Part shown: positions 1 through 11,197 of the stretch, piece by piece
Layout: each line of letters begins with the position of its first letter
Numbering within the stretch: position 1 is the first letter of the stretch
Source of the DNA: Trueperaceae bacterium
GTDB lineage: Bacteria > Deinococcota > Deinococci > Deinococcales > Trueperaceae
Assembly (NCBI GenBank): GCA_965213925.1
Contig: OZ243927.1
Location: 3,808,001 to 3,872,000, forward strand
Direction of reading: 5' to 3'
Length of the DNA stretch: 64,000 nt
Translations under genes and position numbers: made by a program
The notes under the pieces: generated by a model
Seen by the model: only the letters and a program-made list of their open reading frames with translations
Database searches by the model: none
What the model was told of the DNA's origin: nothing

Positions 1-703
1 CCCTGACCTCTCTCAGATTTCAAAAGAGGTCGCTAAGCGTGCCAGGGTGATGGTCCTCTCCTACCCGAACAATCCGACCGCCGCCGTCGCTACGGACGAG
101 TTTATGCAAAAAGCCGTCACCTTCTGCTTGGAGCAAGACATCTTGCTCGTTCACGACTTCCCTTACGTAGACATGGTCTACGGCGACTACCACGCCCCGT
201 CAGTCCTGACGCAAAAGGGCGGGATGGAGACCGCTGTCGAACTCTACAGTTGCTCCAAGTCGTTTCACATGGGCGGCTTTCGGATGGGCTGGGCGGTAGG
301 CAACGCGGACGCCGTCGCCGCGCTCGCTCAGGCTAAGGGAGCAATCGACTTTAACCAGTACGTGGGGATTCAGCAGGCGGCGGTGGTGTCTTTGGAAGCG
401 GGTACGTCTGAAACTCGAGCGGAAGTTTTCGAGGCGCGGCGCGACATGCTAGTTGAGACGTTGAACGCTGCCGGCTGGGACACGCCGCTGCCCAAGGCGA
501 GCATGTACGTCTGGACGAAGTTGCCGAGAGGTCTCACCAATTCCTTTGACTTCGCGCTCAAACTTACGGAGGAGACGGGCGTGTGCCTCAATCCAGGGCG
601 GGCGTTCGGTGAAGAGGGTGAGGGGTATGTGCGAATAGCGCTTGTGCGTGAGCCGGCGGTGTTAGCTCGAGCGGTCACGCGAATTCAGGAGTTTTTGGAC
701 TAA
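1..703 (+). CDS. Class I/II PLP aminotransferase (LL-diaminopimelate aminotransferase-like), 5' truncated by the window edge
   Basis: Frame is open from position 2. Motifs YPNNPT, HDFPY and SCSKSFHMGGFRMGW (PLP lysine); C-terminal GEGYVRIAL. Confidence 0.85.
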   Translation, partial: PDLSQISKEVAKRARVMVLSYPNNPTAAVATDEFMQKAVTFCLEQDILLVHDFPYVDMVYGDYHAPSVLTQKGGMETAVELYSCSKSFHMGGFRMGWAVGNADAVAALAQAKGAIDFNQYVGIQQAAVVSLEAGTSETRAEVFEARRDMLVETLNAAGWDTPLPKASMYVWTKLPRGLTNSFDFALKLTEETGVCLNPGRAFGEEGEGYVRIALVREPAVLARAVTRIQEFLD

Positions 704-890
704 GGACGCCGTTAAGTAAGTTCTGCAACACAACCTCTTACTTGTCACCCCGAGCCCAGTCGAGGGGTCTCGCCTTGCAATCTCGGTCAGAGGAGTCAGC
801 AAGGTCAGAGATTCTTCGACTCCGCGGAGTCTATCCTATGCTCGCGTAGGGCTCAGAATGACATCGCTCATTCTTTACTTAACGCTGTAC
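704..890. repeat. REPIN/MITE-like palindromic element, copy 1 (TGTCACCC..GAG / GCTCAGAATGACA family)
   Basis: Outer IR CGTTAAGTAA/TTACTTAACG. Inner hairpin units TGTCACCCCGAGC..GGGGTCTCG and AGAGATTCTTCG..GCTCAGAATGACA. ACTAAGGACG is repeated at 699 and 889. Confidence 0.8.
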
Positions 891-984
891 TAAGGACGAC
901 ACCTCTAATTTAGGTCAATGAGGTGTGCCGAAGATAAAGTCAGCACTATCTTCGGCATTGAATGATCTGAATTTTACGCAGCAC

Positions 985-1623
985 TTAGAGCAATTTTCGC
1001 GGCGAGAAGAGGTCCGCTTCAGGCAGCCGCTCGGCTTGCGCGACGGAGCGGGCGATGATCTGATCCGTCTTAACAGGTCCATACTCGTCGCAGAGAAGTT
1101 CGTATATGCGGTCTAGGCAGTTGCCCATCACGCGCTCCGGATTGCGCATCATCGGCTGCGAACCCTCCAGGAGGCTTTTGACATCAGTGCGCGACTTGGG
1201 GTGCATCTTCTCCAAGAACTGCCGCTCGGAGAGGTGCAACCTCGTGAGCAAGGGGTAGAGCAGCGCGGTGAAGACGATGTACTGCTCCGACTCGGTGGAG
1301 GGTGCTATGTTGGGTTTGGCGGACGCGAGTTGCGCCGCGCTCGGTGTAGAGAGATTTGCAGGCGCGCTCGCCTCCAAGAACTGCGCATGTTCGTCGGACA
1401 CCTTGTAGCCGATCATCGACTGGATGAGCTTTCGCTTCGTCTCGGTGGAGAGCCCTAGCTCCTTCTGGACCGCCTGCGCGAAGCGCAGTGGCGTGAAAGA
1501 GGTCCGCGCCCTGTCGTCCCAGGTGTCCCAGAAGTCCACCGCCCGCGCCGCCTGCTCCTCGCCTAAGAGATCGCGAAACGCCGCGTAGATGAGACCGCGC
1601 CTCTGGTCTAAGGTGGTGCTCAC
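985..1623 (-). CDS. Hypothetical protein (~212 aa) translationally coupled to amt
   Basis: GTG at 1623 overlaps the amt TGA (GTGA). Protein reads MSTTLDQRRGLIYAAFRD...FSPRKLL. The longer ORF from 1896 is an off-frame overlap of amt. Confidence 0.75.
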   Translation of the reverse strand: MSTTLDQRRGLIYAAFRDLLGEEQAARAVDFWDTWDDRARTSFTPLRFAQAVQKELGLSTETKRKLIQSMIGYKVSDEHAQFLEASAPANLSTPSAAQLASAKPNIAPSTESEQYIVFTALLYPLLTRLHLSERQFLEKMHPKSRTDVKSLLEGSQPMMRNPERVMGNCLDRIYELLCDEYGPVKTDQIIARSVAQAERLPEADLFSPRKLL

Positions 1624-2872
1624 GCCGCCAACTCCAACTCGGGCTCGTCGTCCTGACCCTGGTGGAGCAGACCCGACTGGAACTCGGGGTAGCCCAGCTC
1701 GTGGTGTTCGCTGTAGTCGAGCCCGCGCCGCTCTTCGGACGTGCTCACGCGCAGATTGATGAGCATCCCGATGCCGACAAAGACGACCAAGGCGACGGGG
1801 AAGGCCCAGGCGAAAGCGGCTGCCGCGCCGATCGCCTGCACGGTGAGCTGGCTCAGGCTGAAACCGTCTACGAAGCTGACCGCCAAGATGCCCCACGTGC
1901 CCGCGAAGGCGTGCACGGGCACTGCGCCTACCGCGTCGTCGAGCTTGGAGCGCTCTAAGAGGTCCGTGCCGAGCACCATCACCACGCCCGCGACGAGACC
2001 GAAAAGGATGGCGAGGAGCGGCGAGGCGAGATTCGCGCTCGCGCAGATGGCGACTAAACCCGCTAAGCCGCCGTTGATGGGGTACTGCATCAGCAGAGGG
2101 CGACCTAGCATGAGCGTGAAGAGAACCGCGCCCATCACACCGCTCGCGCCTGCGAGGTGCGTGTTGAGCACAATCACGCCCAAGTTGCCGCCCGCGTCCA
2201 GCGTGCTACCCGCGTTGAAAGCAAAAAAGCCGAACCAGAGGATGAACGCGCCGAGTGACGCCATCGGCAGGTTGTGACCAGGGATGGCCGTAGAGCGCGC
2301 CCCGCCTTGCCGAAAGCGGCCCATGCGCGGACCTAGCACGATCACGCCTGCAAGCGCACACCAGCCGCCGACCGCGTGCACCACCGAAGAGCCCGCGAAG
2401 TCGATGAACCCCACTCCATTTTAGCGAGCCAGCCCGAGGTCGCGCTTTCGTAACCGCCCCACACCCAGCTCCCGAAGACCGGATAAATCAAGCTCGTGAC
2501 GAAGACCGCCGCCAAGATGTAGGGCCAGTAGCGGATGCGCTCGGCGAGTGCCCCACTTACGATGGTCGCGGCGGTGGCGGCGAACATCATTTGGAAGAAT
2601 AAAAAGGCGTAGAACTCGGGCGAACCGCTTTGCGGCAAGAAGTTGCTCATCCCGAAAAAGCCCGTCTGGTTCACGCCGAACATGAGACCAAAGCCCACAG
2701 CAAAAAAGCCGAGCGAGCCGATGCTCATGTCGATGTAGTTTTTCATAATGACGTTGACCGCGTTTTTGGAGCGCACAAAGCCGCTCTCTAACATCGCGAA
2801 ACCCGCCTGCATGAAAAAGACGAAGATCGCACATAAAACGATCCAAACCGTGTTGAAAATATCCATGTCCAT
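1620..2872 (-). pseudogene. amt: Ammonium transporter (Amt family), frameshifted near 2410-2420
   Basis: N-half FFMQAGFAMLESG..KNAVN..FQMMFAATAATIVSGA and C-half GFIDFAGSSVVH..GHNLP..DDAVGAVPVH lie in different frames. RBS AGAAAGGA precedes ATG 2872. Confidence 0.9.
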
Positions 2873-3110
2873 AGAGAGGTTCCTTTCTAAGATGACGTAT
2901 CTAAAATGAGCAGGTAGAGAACCCTGACCTCTATGAGTTCCCAAAGTGAAGTGTAAAGGATGGACTCTTACAAAATTCTGAGTACACCCACACCAAAATA
3001 TATACGCTAGTACTTATTCGGTGATATCCGATACCTCACACCGGACCTCACGAGAATGCCTCGCCACGCTAGAAAGGTCACAATCATCTTGCTCAGAGGG
3101 AGTGCGCGGC

Positions 3111-3151
3111 GTAGGGGTACCCCTATACATCACTGTATGAATCACCCCTAC
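3111..3151. repeat. Degenerate GTAG-type REP-like palindromes
   Basis: GTAGGGGTACCCCTAT and ATGAATCACCCCTAC; the latter matches half of the palindrome at 59596-59623. Confidence 0.55.
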
Positions 3152-3190
3152 ATTTGCCTCCTTCCGCGACTTTTTCAGCGTGGTCTACCG

Positions 3191-3226
3191 ATACGGATTC
3201 CGACAAGCGCGGAATCCGTATTCTTT
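3191..3226. terminator. Hairpin, candidate terminator downstream of gltD
   Basis: ATACGGATTCCG-acaagcg-CGGAATCCGTAT stem. Confidence 0.5.
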
Positions 3227-3323
3227 TAACCCGCAGGCGTGTTGTTAGCGGAGGTGAAAGCAGCTATAGATGTTCACGAACCTAGCACGCCCTTTTTGCA
3301 ACGTGCACTGTTCGCTTCTGAAA

Positions 3324-4802
3324 CTACATCCCAAGCGGCAGATGTTGCGTTCGCAGGCTAAAGGGTAAACGCGACTGCCCCACAAGATAGTCATCAATCT
3401 GCCGCGCCACGTCGCGCCCTTCGCCGATGGCCCAAACCACGAGCGATTGTCCCCGGTTGGCGTCACCAGCGGCGAAAACGCCCTCGAGATTCGTCATCAT
3501 CGCCTCGTCTACCTCGAGCGTGCCTCTATCCGTCACCCTTAACCCGCTCTTCTCAAACACGCTAAGCTGCGCCCCTGTAAAACCGATGGCGACGAGCACC
3601 AAGTCAGCAGGGATGTGAATATCAGACTCTAAAACCTCTTTATCCACCCGGCTGCCGCTCTCATCGCGAATCCAGTCCACCCGCTCCGCTTGCAGCACGT
3701 TGACCACGCCGTCATCATCTGTATCCAAAAACGCCACGCTGTTCACGTTAAAGACCTCTTCGCCGCCCTCTTCCTGTGCATAGGTCTTCTCATAGGTCTG
3801 GGGCGCTTCGGGCCAAGGGTTGTTTTCGGGTCGCTCTAAAGGCTTCTGCTTGTTGATGCTGATTTGCACGACCTGTTTCGCACCTTGACGGTGCGCTGTT
3901 CCCACGCAGTCCGCGCCCGTATCGCCGCCGCCTAACACGACGACGTTTTTGCCTTTCGCGCTTATCATCCCCTCCACCGGACGCCCCGCTTGGCGGCGGT
4001 TCTCTAAGGGCAAGTAATTCATCGCTAATTCAATCCCTTTGAGGTCGCGCCCCGGCAGCGAGAGGTCGCGGTGCTTCTGTGCACCCACCGCTAAGCAAAC
4101 CGCGTCAAAGTCGTCGCGCAGTTTCTCCAACGTCACGTCTTTACCCACCTCGACGCCGCAGCAGAAGGTGACGCCCTCCTCTCGCATCTGCTTCACGCGC
4201 CGCTCGACTTGATGTTTGGCGAACTTGAAATCCGGGATGCCGTAGACCATGAGCCCGCCGATGGCGTCGTCACGCTCGAACACGGTGACGCTGTGCCCGG
4301 CTCGGTTAAGTTGCTGCGCGGCGGCGAGCCCGGCGGGTCCGCTGCCGACGACGGCGACGGTGAAACCTGTGCCCTCTTTCGGCGGCTGCGGCACAATCCA
4401 ACCTTCTTCCCAGCCTTTATCTACGATGGCGCGTTCGATGCTCTTAATCGTCACGGGGTCGTCGTTGTAAGCTAAGACGCAGGCGTCCTCGCAAGGGGCA
4501 GGGCATGTGTAGCCCGTGAACTCGGGGAAATTATTCGTTGCGTGAAGCCGCTCGAGCGCCGCCCGCCAGTCCTCTTCGTACACAAGGTCGTTCCATTCGG
4601 GAATGAGGTTTCCGATAGGGCAGCCGCCCATACAGGTCGGCACGCCGCAGTCCATACAGCGCCCGCCCTGTGTGCTGAGCTGAGACTCGTCCCACATCGG
4701 CAGGTAAATCTCGTTGTAGTCGCCGGTGCGTTCGTCGGCGGGGCGCTTACCGATGGGATTGCGGGAAGTTTCCAGGTAGCCGCTCGGATGGTTTTCGCTC
4801 AT
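3324..4802 (-). CDS. gltD: Glutamate synthase small (beta) subunit
   Basis: RCMDCGVPTCMGGCP Fe-S motif; GSGPAGLAAA, GGGDTGADC and GVFAAGD..GQSLVVWAI. Start overlaps the gltB stop. Confidence 0.95.
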   Translation of the reverse strand: MSENHPSGYLETSRNPIGKRPADERTGDYNEIYLPMWDESQLSTQGGRCMDCGVPTCMGGCPIGNLIPEWNDLVYEEDWRAALERLHATNNFPEFTGYTCPAPCEDACVLAYNDDPVTIKSIERAIVDKGWEEGWIVPQPPKEGTGFTVAVVGSGPAGLAAAQQLNRAGHSVTVFERDDAIGGLMVYGIPDFKFAKHQVERRVKQMREEGVTFCCGVEVGKDVTLEKLRDDFDAVCLAVGAQKHRDLSLPGRDLKGIELAMNYLPLENRRQAGRPVEGMISAKGKNVVVLGGGDTGADCVGTAHRQGAKQVVQISINKQKPLERPENNPWPEAPQTYEKTYAQEEGGEEVFNVNSVAFLDTDDDGVVNVLQAERVDWIRDESGSRVDKEVLESDIHIPADLVLVAIGFTGAQLSVFEKSGLRVTDRGTLEVDEAMMTNLEGVFAAGDANRGQSLVVWAIGEGRDVARQIDDYLVGQSRLPFSLRTQHLPLGM

Positions 4803-7800
4803 AACGCCTCATCTCCTTGCGCGTGCTGAACTTGGGGTTGCGCCTGCCTTTGCTCGGGCGAGGGCGGCGCGTCAGGTAAGACCTGCTTGCCCTCACTCTC
4901 CAAGCGCTCCACGGCTTCAGCGTAAGCTTCAGGCATCACCTTGACGAACCTCTTTCGCTGCGCGTCCCAATCGCCTAAAACCTCCCTTGCCTTGCTGCTG
5001 TCGGTGTAAGCGGCGTGGTTTTCCAGAAGTCGGCGCACCATCCTCACGTCCCGCTCGCTCTCCAAAGGCTCTAAATTCACTCGCGCCGCGTTCACCCGCC
5101 TTTCAAAGTCGCCCGCCTCGTCCCACACGAACGCCTCGCCGCCGCTCATCCCCGCCGCGAAGTTCTTGCCTGTCGCCCCAAGCACCACGACCACGCCGCC
5201 TGTCATGTACTCGCAGCCGTGGTCACCGACGCCCTCGACCACACTCAAGACGCCCGAGTTCCGCACCGCGAAGCGCTCGCCCGCCGCGCCGTTAAAGTAC
5301 GCCTCGCCGCTCGTCGCGCCGTAGAGCGCCACGTTGCCGATGAGGATGTTTTGATTCGGCGTGTAGGAGACTTCGGGGGGCGTCTCGACGGTGATTTTGC
5401 CGCCTGAGAGCCCCTTGCCCACGTAGTCGTTCGCCTCGCCCGTGAGGTGCAGCGTGACGCCTTTCGCTAAAAACGCGCCGAAGCTCTGCCCAGCGGAGCC
5501 CGTCAAGTTGACGGTGATGGTGTCGTCCTCGAGGGTACTTCCGCCGCACTTCTTAGCAATTTCTGAGCTGAGCATCGTCCCGACGGTGCGGTCGGAGTTG
5601 CGCACTTTTGACTCTAAGACGACGCGCTCACCTCTTTCGAGCGCAGCTTCCGCCCCTTCAATCAACTCTAAATCCAACTTCTCGTCCAACTTGTGGTTCT
5701 GCCCCCTCGTCTTGCGCGGGTCGTCTTTGGAGGATTCATCGTGGAGGAGTTGTGACAGGTCGAAGCGCGTACCTTTGGGGTGGGCGACCTCTTTCTGCCG
5801 CAGCTTGTCCACGCGCCCGACCATCTCGTCCACCGTGCGAAAGCCCATCGCCGCCATCCACTCGCGGACCTCTTGCGCGATGAAGCGCATGTAGCGAACG
5901 ACGTGCTCCGGCTCGCCCACGAAGCGCTTGCGCAACTCCGGGTCCTGCGTGGCGACGCCCACCGAGCAGGTGTTGCAGTGGCACTTGCGGAGCATGACGC
6001 AGCCCAAGGCGACGAGCGGCGCGGTGCCGAAGCCGTACTGCTCTGCGCCCAAAAGCGCGGCGACGACGACGTCGCGCCCTGTTTTCAAACCGCCATCCGC
6101 GCGAAGGCGCACACGTGAACGCAGCCGCGTCGCCAACAGCGACTGATGCGCCTCGGCGAGACCCAACTCCCATGGTGCGCCTGCCGACTTGATAGACGTT
6201 TTTAAGGACGCCCCCGTGCCGCCCGAGTCGCCGCTGATGAGAATAGCGTCCGCCTTCGCCTTCGCCACGCCCGCCGCAATTGTGCCGACGCCCGCCTTCG
6301 AGACGAGCTTGACGTGCACCTCCGCCTCGGGGTTCGCACATTTAAGGTCGTGGATGAGCTGCGCCAAATCTTCAATCGAGTAGATGTCGTGGTGCGGCGG
6401 CGGCGAGATGAGCCCGACGCCGGGCGTGGTGAAGCGCACCTCGGCGATGGTGTCGTCCACCTTTTCGCCGGGCAACTCGCCGCCCTCGCCGGGTTTGGAG
6501 CCTTGCGCCATCTTGATTTCGAGTTGTTCTGCGTTCGCTAAATAGTCAATCGTCACGCCGAAGCGCCCCGACGCCACCTGCTTCATCGAGCAAGAGCGCT
6601 CCGTGCCGAACCGCTCCGCTGGCTCGCCCCCTTCGCCTGTGCCGGAAACCCCACCGATGCGGTTCATGGCGATAGCTAACGTTTCGTGCGCCTCTTGGCT
6701 CAGCGAGCCGAACGACATCGAGCCCGTCGCGAAGCGCTTCATGACCGCTTCGGTAGGCTCGACCTCGTCTAAGGGGAGAGGGTCGTCCAACGTGTCGAAC
6801 TCCAGGAGCCCCGAAAGCGTCTGCAACCGCGTATCCTGCTCGTTGATGAACGCCGCAAAGGTCTTGTACGACTCCGCGTCGCCCGTGCGAACCGCGTGTT
6901 GGAGCTTGCCGATAGTTAAAGGGTTCCACTGGTGCAGCTCGCCGTCACGCCGCCAATAGAGGTCGCCGCCGCCCTCCAGACTCGTCCCCGTCACCACGCC
7001 CGCGTCCTCGAACGCCGCCTCGTGACGCGCGATGAGATCGCGCTCGAGCCTAGCCAAGCCGACACCCTCCACGTGCGCCGTCGTCCCTTCGAAATACTCA
7101 TCGACGAGGTCAAAATCCAAGCCGATGGCTTGAAAGACCTGTGCGCCCTTGTAGCTCTCCAAGGTCGAAATCCCCATCTTCGACATGACTTTGAGGATGC
7201 CGTCCTCGAGCGCCGACCTGTAGCGCTTCAGCCCCGTCGCCGCGTCCGGTGCGAGCGCCTTGCCCGCCGTTTCGGAGATGCTAGCAAAGGCGAGCCACGG
7301 GTGCACCGCGTCCGCGCCGTAGCCAATCAGCGTGCAGAAGTCCTGCACGGTGCGCGGGTCGCCGGACTCTAAAACTAAACTCACGTGCGTCCTGAGCCCC
7401 TTGCGGATGAGGTGGTGATGCACTGCGCCCACCGCCAAGAGGCTCGGAATGGCTAGCCTCGAGTCGCTCACCTCTTTGTCGGAGAAGACCAGCAGCTCGC
7501 AGTCGTCGCGAACCGCCTCGCCTGCGCTCTGGCGGAGGGATGCGATGGCGTCCTCTAAAGAGGTCTCTGGTTCGTAGGTGAGGTCCAAAGTGCAGGCGTA
7601 GAGCCCGTCTCGGCGCAGTCCTTTAATCACCTCGACCTCTTGCGTCGTCAAGATGGGCGAGTCCAACAGGAGCCGCCGACAGTGCGCGGGCGTCTCGTCT
7701 AAGAGGTTGCGCTGCTTGCCGATGTGGGTTTCTAAAGAGGTCACTAAGAGACTCGCGCAGATAATCTAAAGGCGGGTTGGAGACCTGCGCGAAGAGCTGC

Positions 7801-9326
7801 GTGAAGTAGCGCGAAAGAGGTTTGTCGTGGGTGGACAAGGCGGCGGGCGGCGTGTCGCTACCCATCGCGCCGATAGGGTCTTTGCCCTCGTTCGCCATCG
7901 GGGTGAGGAGGTAGCGAAGCTCCTCCCTGGTGTAGCCGAAGGCGCGTTGGTAGCCGCGCAGCACCTCTTGTGAGAAGTCATCCTCGGGCGCTTCTGACTC
8001 GTCCAAGTCGCGCAGCTTGAGGCGGTTCTCGTCCAGCCACCGCGCGTACTTCTCATCGGTTAATGCCCCGAAAATCTCCTCTTCGGGGACGATGCGCCCT
8101 TCATTCGTGTCAGCCAAAAACATCTGTCCGGGCTCGAGCCGCCCCTTGAATTCGACCTGTTCCGGCGGCGTCTGCAACACGCCCGCCTCGCTCGCCATGA
8201 TGAGCATCCCTGACTTGGTGACTAGATAGCGGCAAGGACGAAGCCCGTTACGGTCTAAAACAGCGGCGACGCGGCTGCCGTCCGAAACCGCAATCAGCGC
8301 GGGACCGTCCCACGGCTCGACGAGCGTCGCGTGATAGTCGTAAAAGGCGCGGCGTTCCGGGCTCATCGCCTCGTCTTTCTGCCACGCTTCGGGCACGAGC
8401 ATCCGCAAAGCGTGAGGGAGGTCGCGTCCGGCGGCGATGAGAAGTTCCAACACGCTGTCCAAGGCGGCGGTGTCGCTCGAGCCCTCCGGGATGAGCGGCG
8501 TGAGCTGTTCCACGTCCTCCAATTTGTCCGAGCTGAGCACCGCCTCCCGCGCCCGCATCCAGTTGAGGTTGCCGCGCAGGGTGTTGATCTCGCCGTTATG
8601 AATAATCGTGCGGTAGGGATGGGCGAGCTTCCACGCGCCCAACGTATTGGTGGAAAAGCGGGCGTGAACTAAGGTGAGGCTCGAGGTGAAGCGCTCGTCC
8701 GACAAATCGGGGTAGTACGTTCTCAGTTGATGGCAGGTCAGAAGCCCTTTGTAGACAATGCGCCGCCGGTCGAGTGAGCAGATATAGAAGGCGTCATTGG
8801 GCGCGTTTTTTCTGACCTTCCGGTCCATCTTGTGGCGCAAGGTGTAAAGCTGCGCGTTGAAGTCGTCTGACGACAATACCTCTTGCGGCTTCACGAAGAG
8901 CTGCACTACAGCGGGCTCGCTCCGCAGCGCGGTCTCGCCGAGTCCGGTGTTGTCTGTCGGCACGTCGCGCCAGGCGATGACCTCGAAACCCGCGTCCTCT
9001 ACAACCTCTTCGATAAGCTCGCGGGGCGTACGCTGCTCGCTCTCATCTTTAGGCATGAATATCTGCCCGACGCCGTAGCTACCTGCTTCACCCAAAGGCA
9101 GGAGGTCGCTAAAAAAGGCGTGGGGAACTTGCACCATCATGCCCGCGCCGTCGCCCGTCGCCTCCTCCGCGCCCCGCGCACCCCGGTGGTCGAGGTCGGC
9201 TAAGAGGTCTAAGCCTTGCTGCACCAAGCTGTGCCGCTGAGTCCCCTTGAGGTCAACCAAAACGCCCACGCCGCAGTTCGCGTGTTCAAAGGACGGGTCA
9301 ACAAGTCCTAGCCTATCTCGGTTCAT
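4799..9326 (-). pseudogene. gltB: Glutamate synthase large (alpha) subunit, split by a +1 frameshift near 7745-7750
   Basis: N-part has ANCGVG (Ntn cysteine), HARFSTNT, HNGEINT and FAQVSNPPLD. C-part has KQVASGRFGV, KMAQGSKPGEGGELPG and GDHGCEYMTGG. DYLRESL joins VTSLET only after removing one base. Confidence 0.92.
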
Positions 9327-9531
9327 GGGCGCTCTCCTTTAGTGAATTGATCGGCAGTGTAGGAATGACTGTCGCTAGCTGTGTAACAAAACGTGTACAA
9401 AGTGCATAAAATAGCGCGACAGTAGAGTCTGTGTGTATTTTTTACCATGAAAGCGGGCTTCACGTATAGCCCCAAGTCTTACGTTTGGTAACGCGGGTAA
9501 GATTTTCGCAGAGGCTCAGCGTAGATTGACT

Positions 9532-9560
9532 CAAAAAGAGGAGCCCCGCTGAGGGGGCTC
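9532..9560 (-). terminator. Rho-independent terminator
   Basis: Minus strand GAGCCCC-ctcagc-GGGGCTC followed by CTCTTTTTG. Confidence 0.6.
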
Positions 9561-9657
9561 GAGTGGGGTCAGAGATGGTCTTGGAATCCTGAAGACTTTT
9601 CAGCAAGAGTGCAATTGGTATTATGCTCTGCCTAAATTTTGCAGGTCTAGGTACGGC

Positions 9658-10107
9658 TTAATACGCTTTCAACTGGTCGCTGTAGGCCTGCGCTTCTGCT
9701 TTGGCACTGAACATTTTGTATTCGGCGCTTATCGGTATGACGCCTTCTAGCGTAAAGATTGCAATAAGCTTTTTCAAATCCGCTTCAAAAGTGGCAGTTG
9801 CGTCGGCGAGCATTAGCTCTAACGCTGCTTCATTTGTATTAGCCCGCCCACTCATCCGACGTGTCATTTCATCACCGCTCACTGACCCGCTGAATACATC
9901 ATCAACTGTTTTCCCATAAAAGAGCCGTGGTGCGCCTCCGTAGTCTACAATCCACTGCGCTGCGCTGTCAGACAAAACCAGTAAGCTTTGAGAACCGTCT
10001 TCCCCGACCAGATGGAAAATTTGAGCAGACGCTGTGGCTGCCCATGTCATAATCAGGACAAAAAAAGGAATTAACACTCGTCGTTTCACGTATGCAATAC
10101 AGTTCAT
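9658..10107 (-). CDS. Hypothetical secreted protein
   Basis: Signal-peptide-like N-terminus ending ATASA-Q; TATGCT lies 6 nt before ATG. Confidence 0.65.
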   Translation of the reverse strand: MNCIAYVKRRVLIPFFVLIMTWAATASAQIFHLVGEDGSQSLLVLSDSAAQWIVDYGGAPRLFYGKTVDDVFSGSVSGDEMTRRMSGRANTNEAALELMLADATATFEADLKKLIAIFTLEGVIPISAEYKMFSAKAEAQAYSDQLKAY

Positions 10108-10161
10108 AGTTTCAGCATAAGCCGCGAAGGATTTCGTCCCAACAAATCTGTCACAGATAGT

Positions 10162-11151
10162 TTACGGCAGCGCCACCTCGCCCCACACAAGACAGTGGTC
10201 CGAGCCTGTCTCTTGACAGTCCGTCCCGGCACGTAGCGGCGTCATCCCTTCAGAGACCCAGATGTGGTCGATGCGAATGAAGGGAAAGGGCGGCACGTCT
10301 CTATTCGCGGGAAAGGTGAAGCCGAAGCCCCCCTCTGCCGCGCGGTAGACATTTTCAAACTCGGCTGCAAAGTCACGGTACGCCGCCTCGAAGTCGCTCA
10401 GGTTGAAGTCGCCTAAAATCACCACAGGGTTCTGCGTCTCGTCCGCCTGCTCTAAAATCCCTGCTAGGTTATCGTTGCGCACGCTCGCGTCGTAGCTGCG
10501 CGTGGTGGATAAAAAAGCCTCTTCGGGTAGGTCGTTGCCAAAAGGCGTCGGCGGGTGAACGTTGAGAAGGGTGACGCTCTGGTCATTTACGCGCAGACTG
10601 ACCTCTTGCACGCGGGTCATGGGGTCGTAGTCTACCGCCTCTAACGGGTAACGGCTGACGACGCCTAAGCCTATCGAGGGCTCTCTGCCGAGCGTCTCGT
10701 AGGCGTTTAAGACCCTATGCGGATAATCCTCGAGTTCGGCTAGCGCGTCCGCGACTGCGGGCGAGAGTTCTTGGATGGCGATAACGTCCGCGCCGTGCGC
10801 GGTCACTGCCCCTATGATGCTTTCTATATTGTCATTATTCGCCAACTGGTTGAGCGTGACGAAGCGTAAGGTCGGCGCGTCCGTCTCCGGCACAGCCCTA
10901 GGCAAAAGCCAAGGACCGAACATCAAGATGAAAAGCGCATAAAACGCGAGCGTCGCGATTTTCAGTTGAAGCGAGTTGATAAGAAAAGCTAAGGGGACGA
11001 GCAGGACGAGCGGCAAAAACCAGAGCGCGGTGAAGATGCTGGGGAGCGCTACCCAGACAGGCGGGTTGACAAGAGCGATATTAAGCAGGGCGAGTAAGAT
11101 AAGGACAAATACGTAAAGAGAAACAGCAGAGGCGAAGATGCGGCGAATCAT
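10162..11151 (-). CDS. Membrane-anchored endonuclease/exonuclease/phosphatase (EEP) family protein
   Basis: N-terminal TM helices; DVIAIQE, LNVH, LGDFN, RIDHI and GSDH motifs. Confidence 0.9.
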   Translation of the reverse strand: MIRRIFASAVSLYVFVLILLALLNIALVNPPVWVALPSIFTALWFLPLVLLVPLAFLINSLQLKIATLAFYALFILMFGPWLLPRAVPETDAPTLRFVTLNQLANNDNIESIIGAVTAHGADVIAIQELSPAVADALAELEDYPHRVLNAYETLGREPSIGLGVVSRYPLEAVDYDPMTRVQEVSLRVNDQSVTLLNVHPPTPFGNDLPEEAFLSTTRSYDASVRNDNLAGILEQADETQNPVVILGDFNLSDFEAAYRDFAAEFENVYRAAEGGFGFTFPANRDVPPFPFIRIDHIWVSEGMTPLRAGTDCQETGSDHCLVWGEVALP

Positions 11152-11197
11152 AGGCTCGAGTCTAAACTAAAGGGAGCCGAGTGGCGTACCGGAAGAC

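Noticed and set aside
2952..9400. Nitrogen-regulator boxes upstream of amt (TGTAA-N11-TTACA) and gltB (TGTAAC..GTACA)
   Set aside because: The spacings disagree with each other and with the GlnR/TnrA and NtcA consensus sites.
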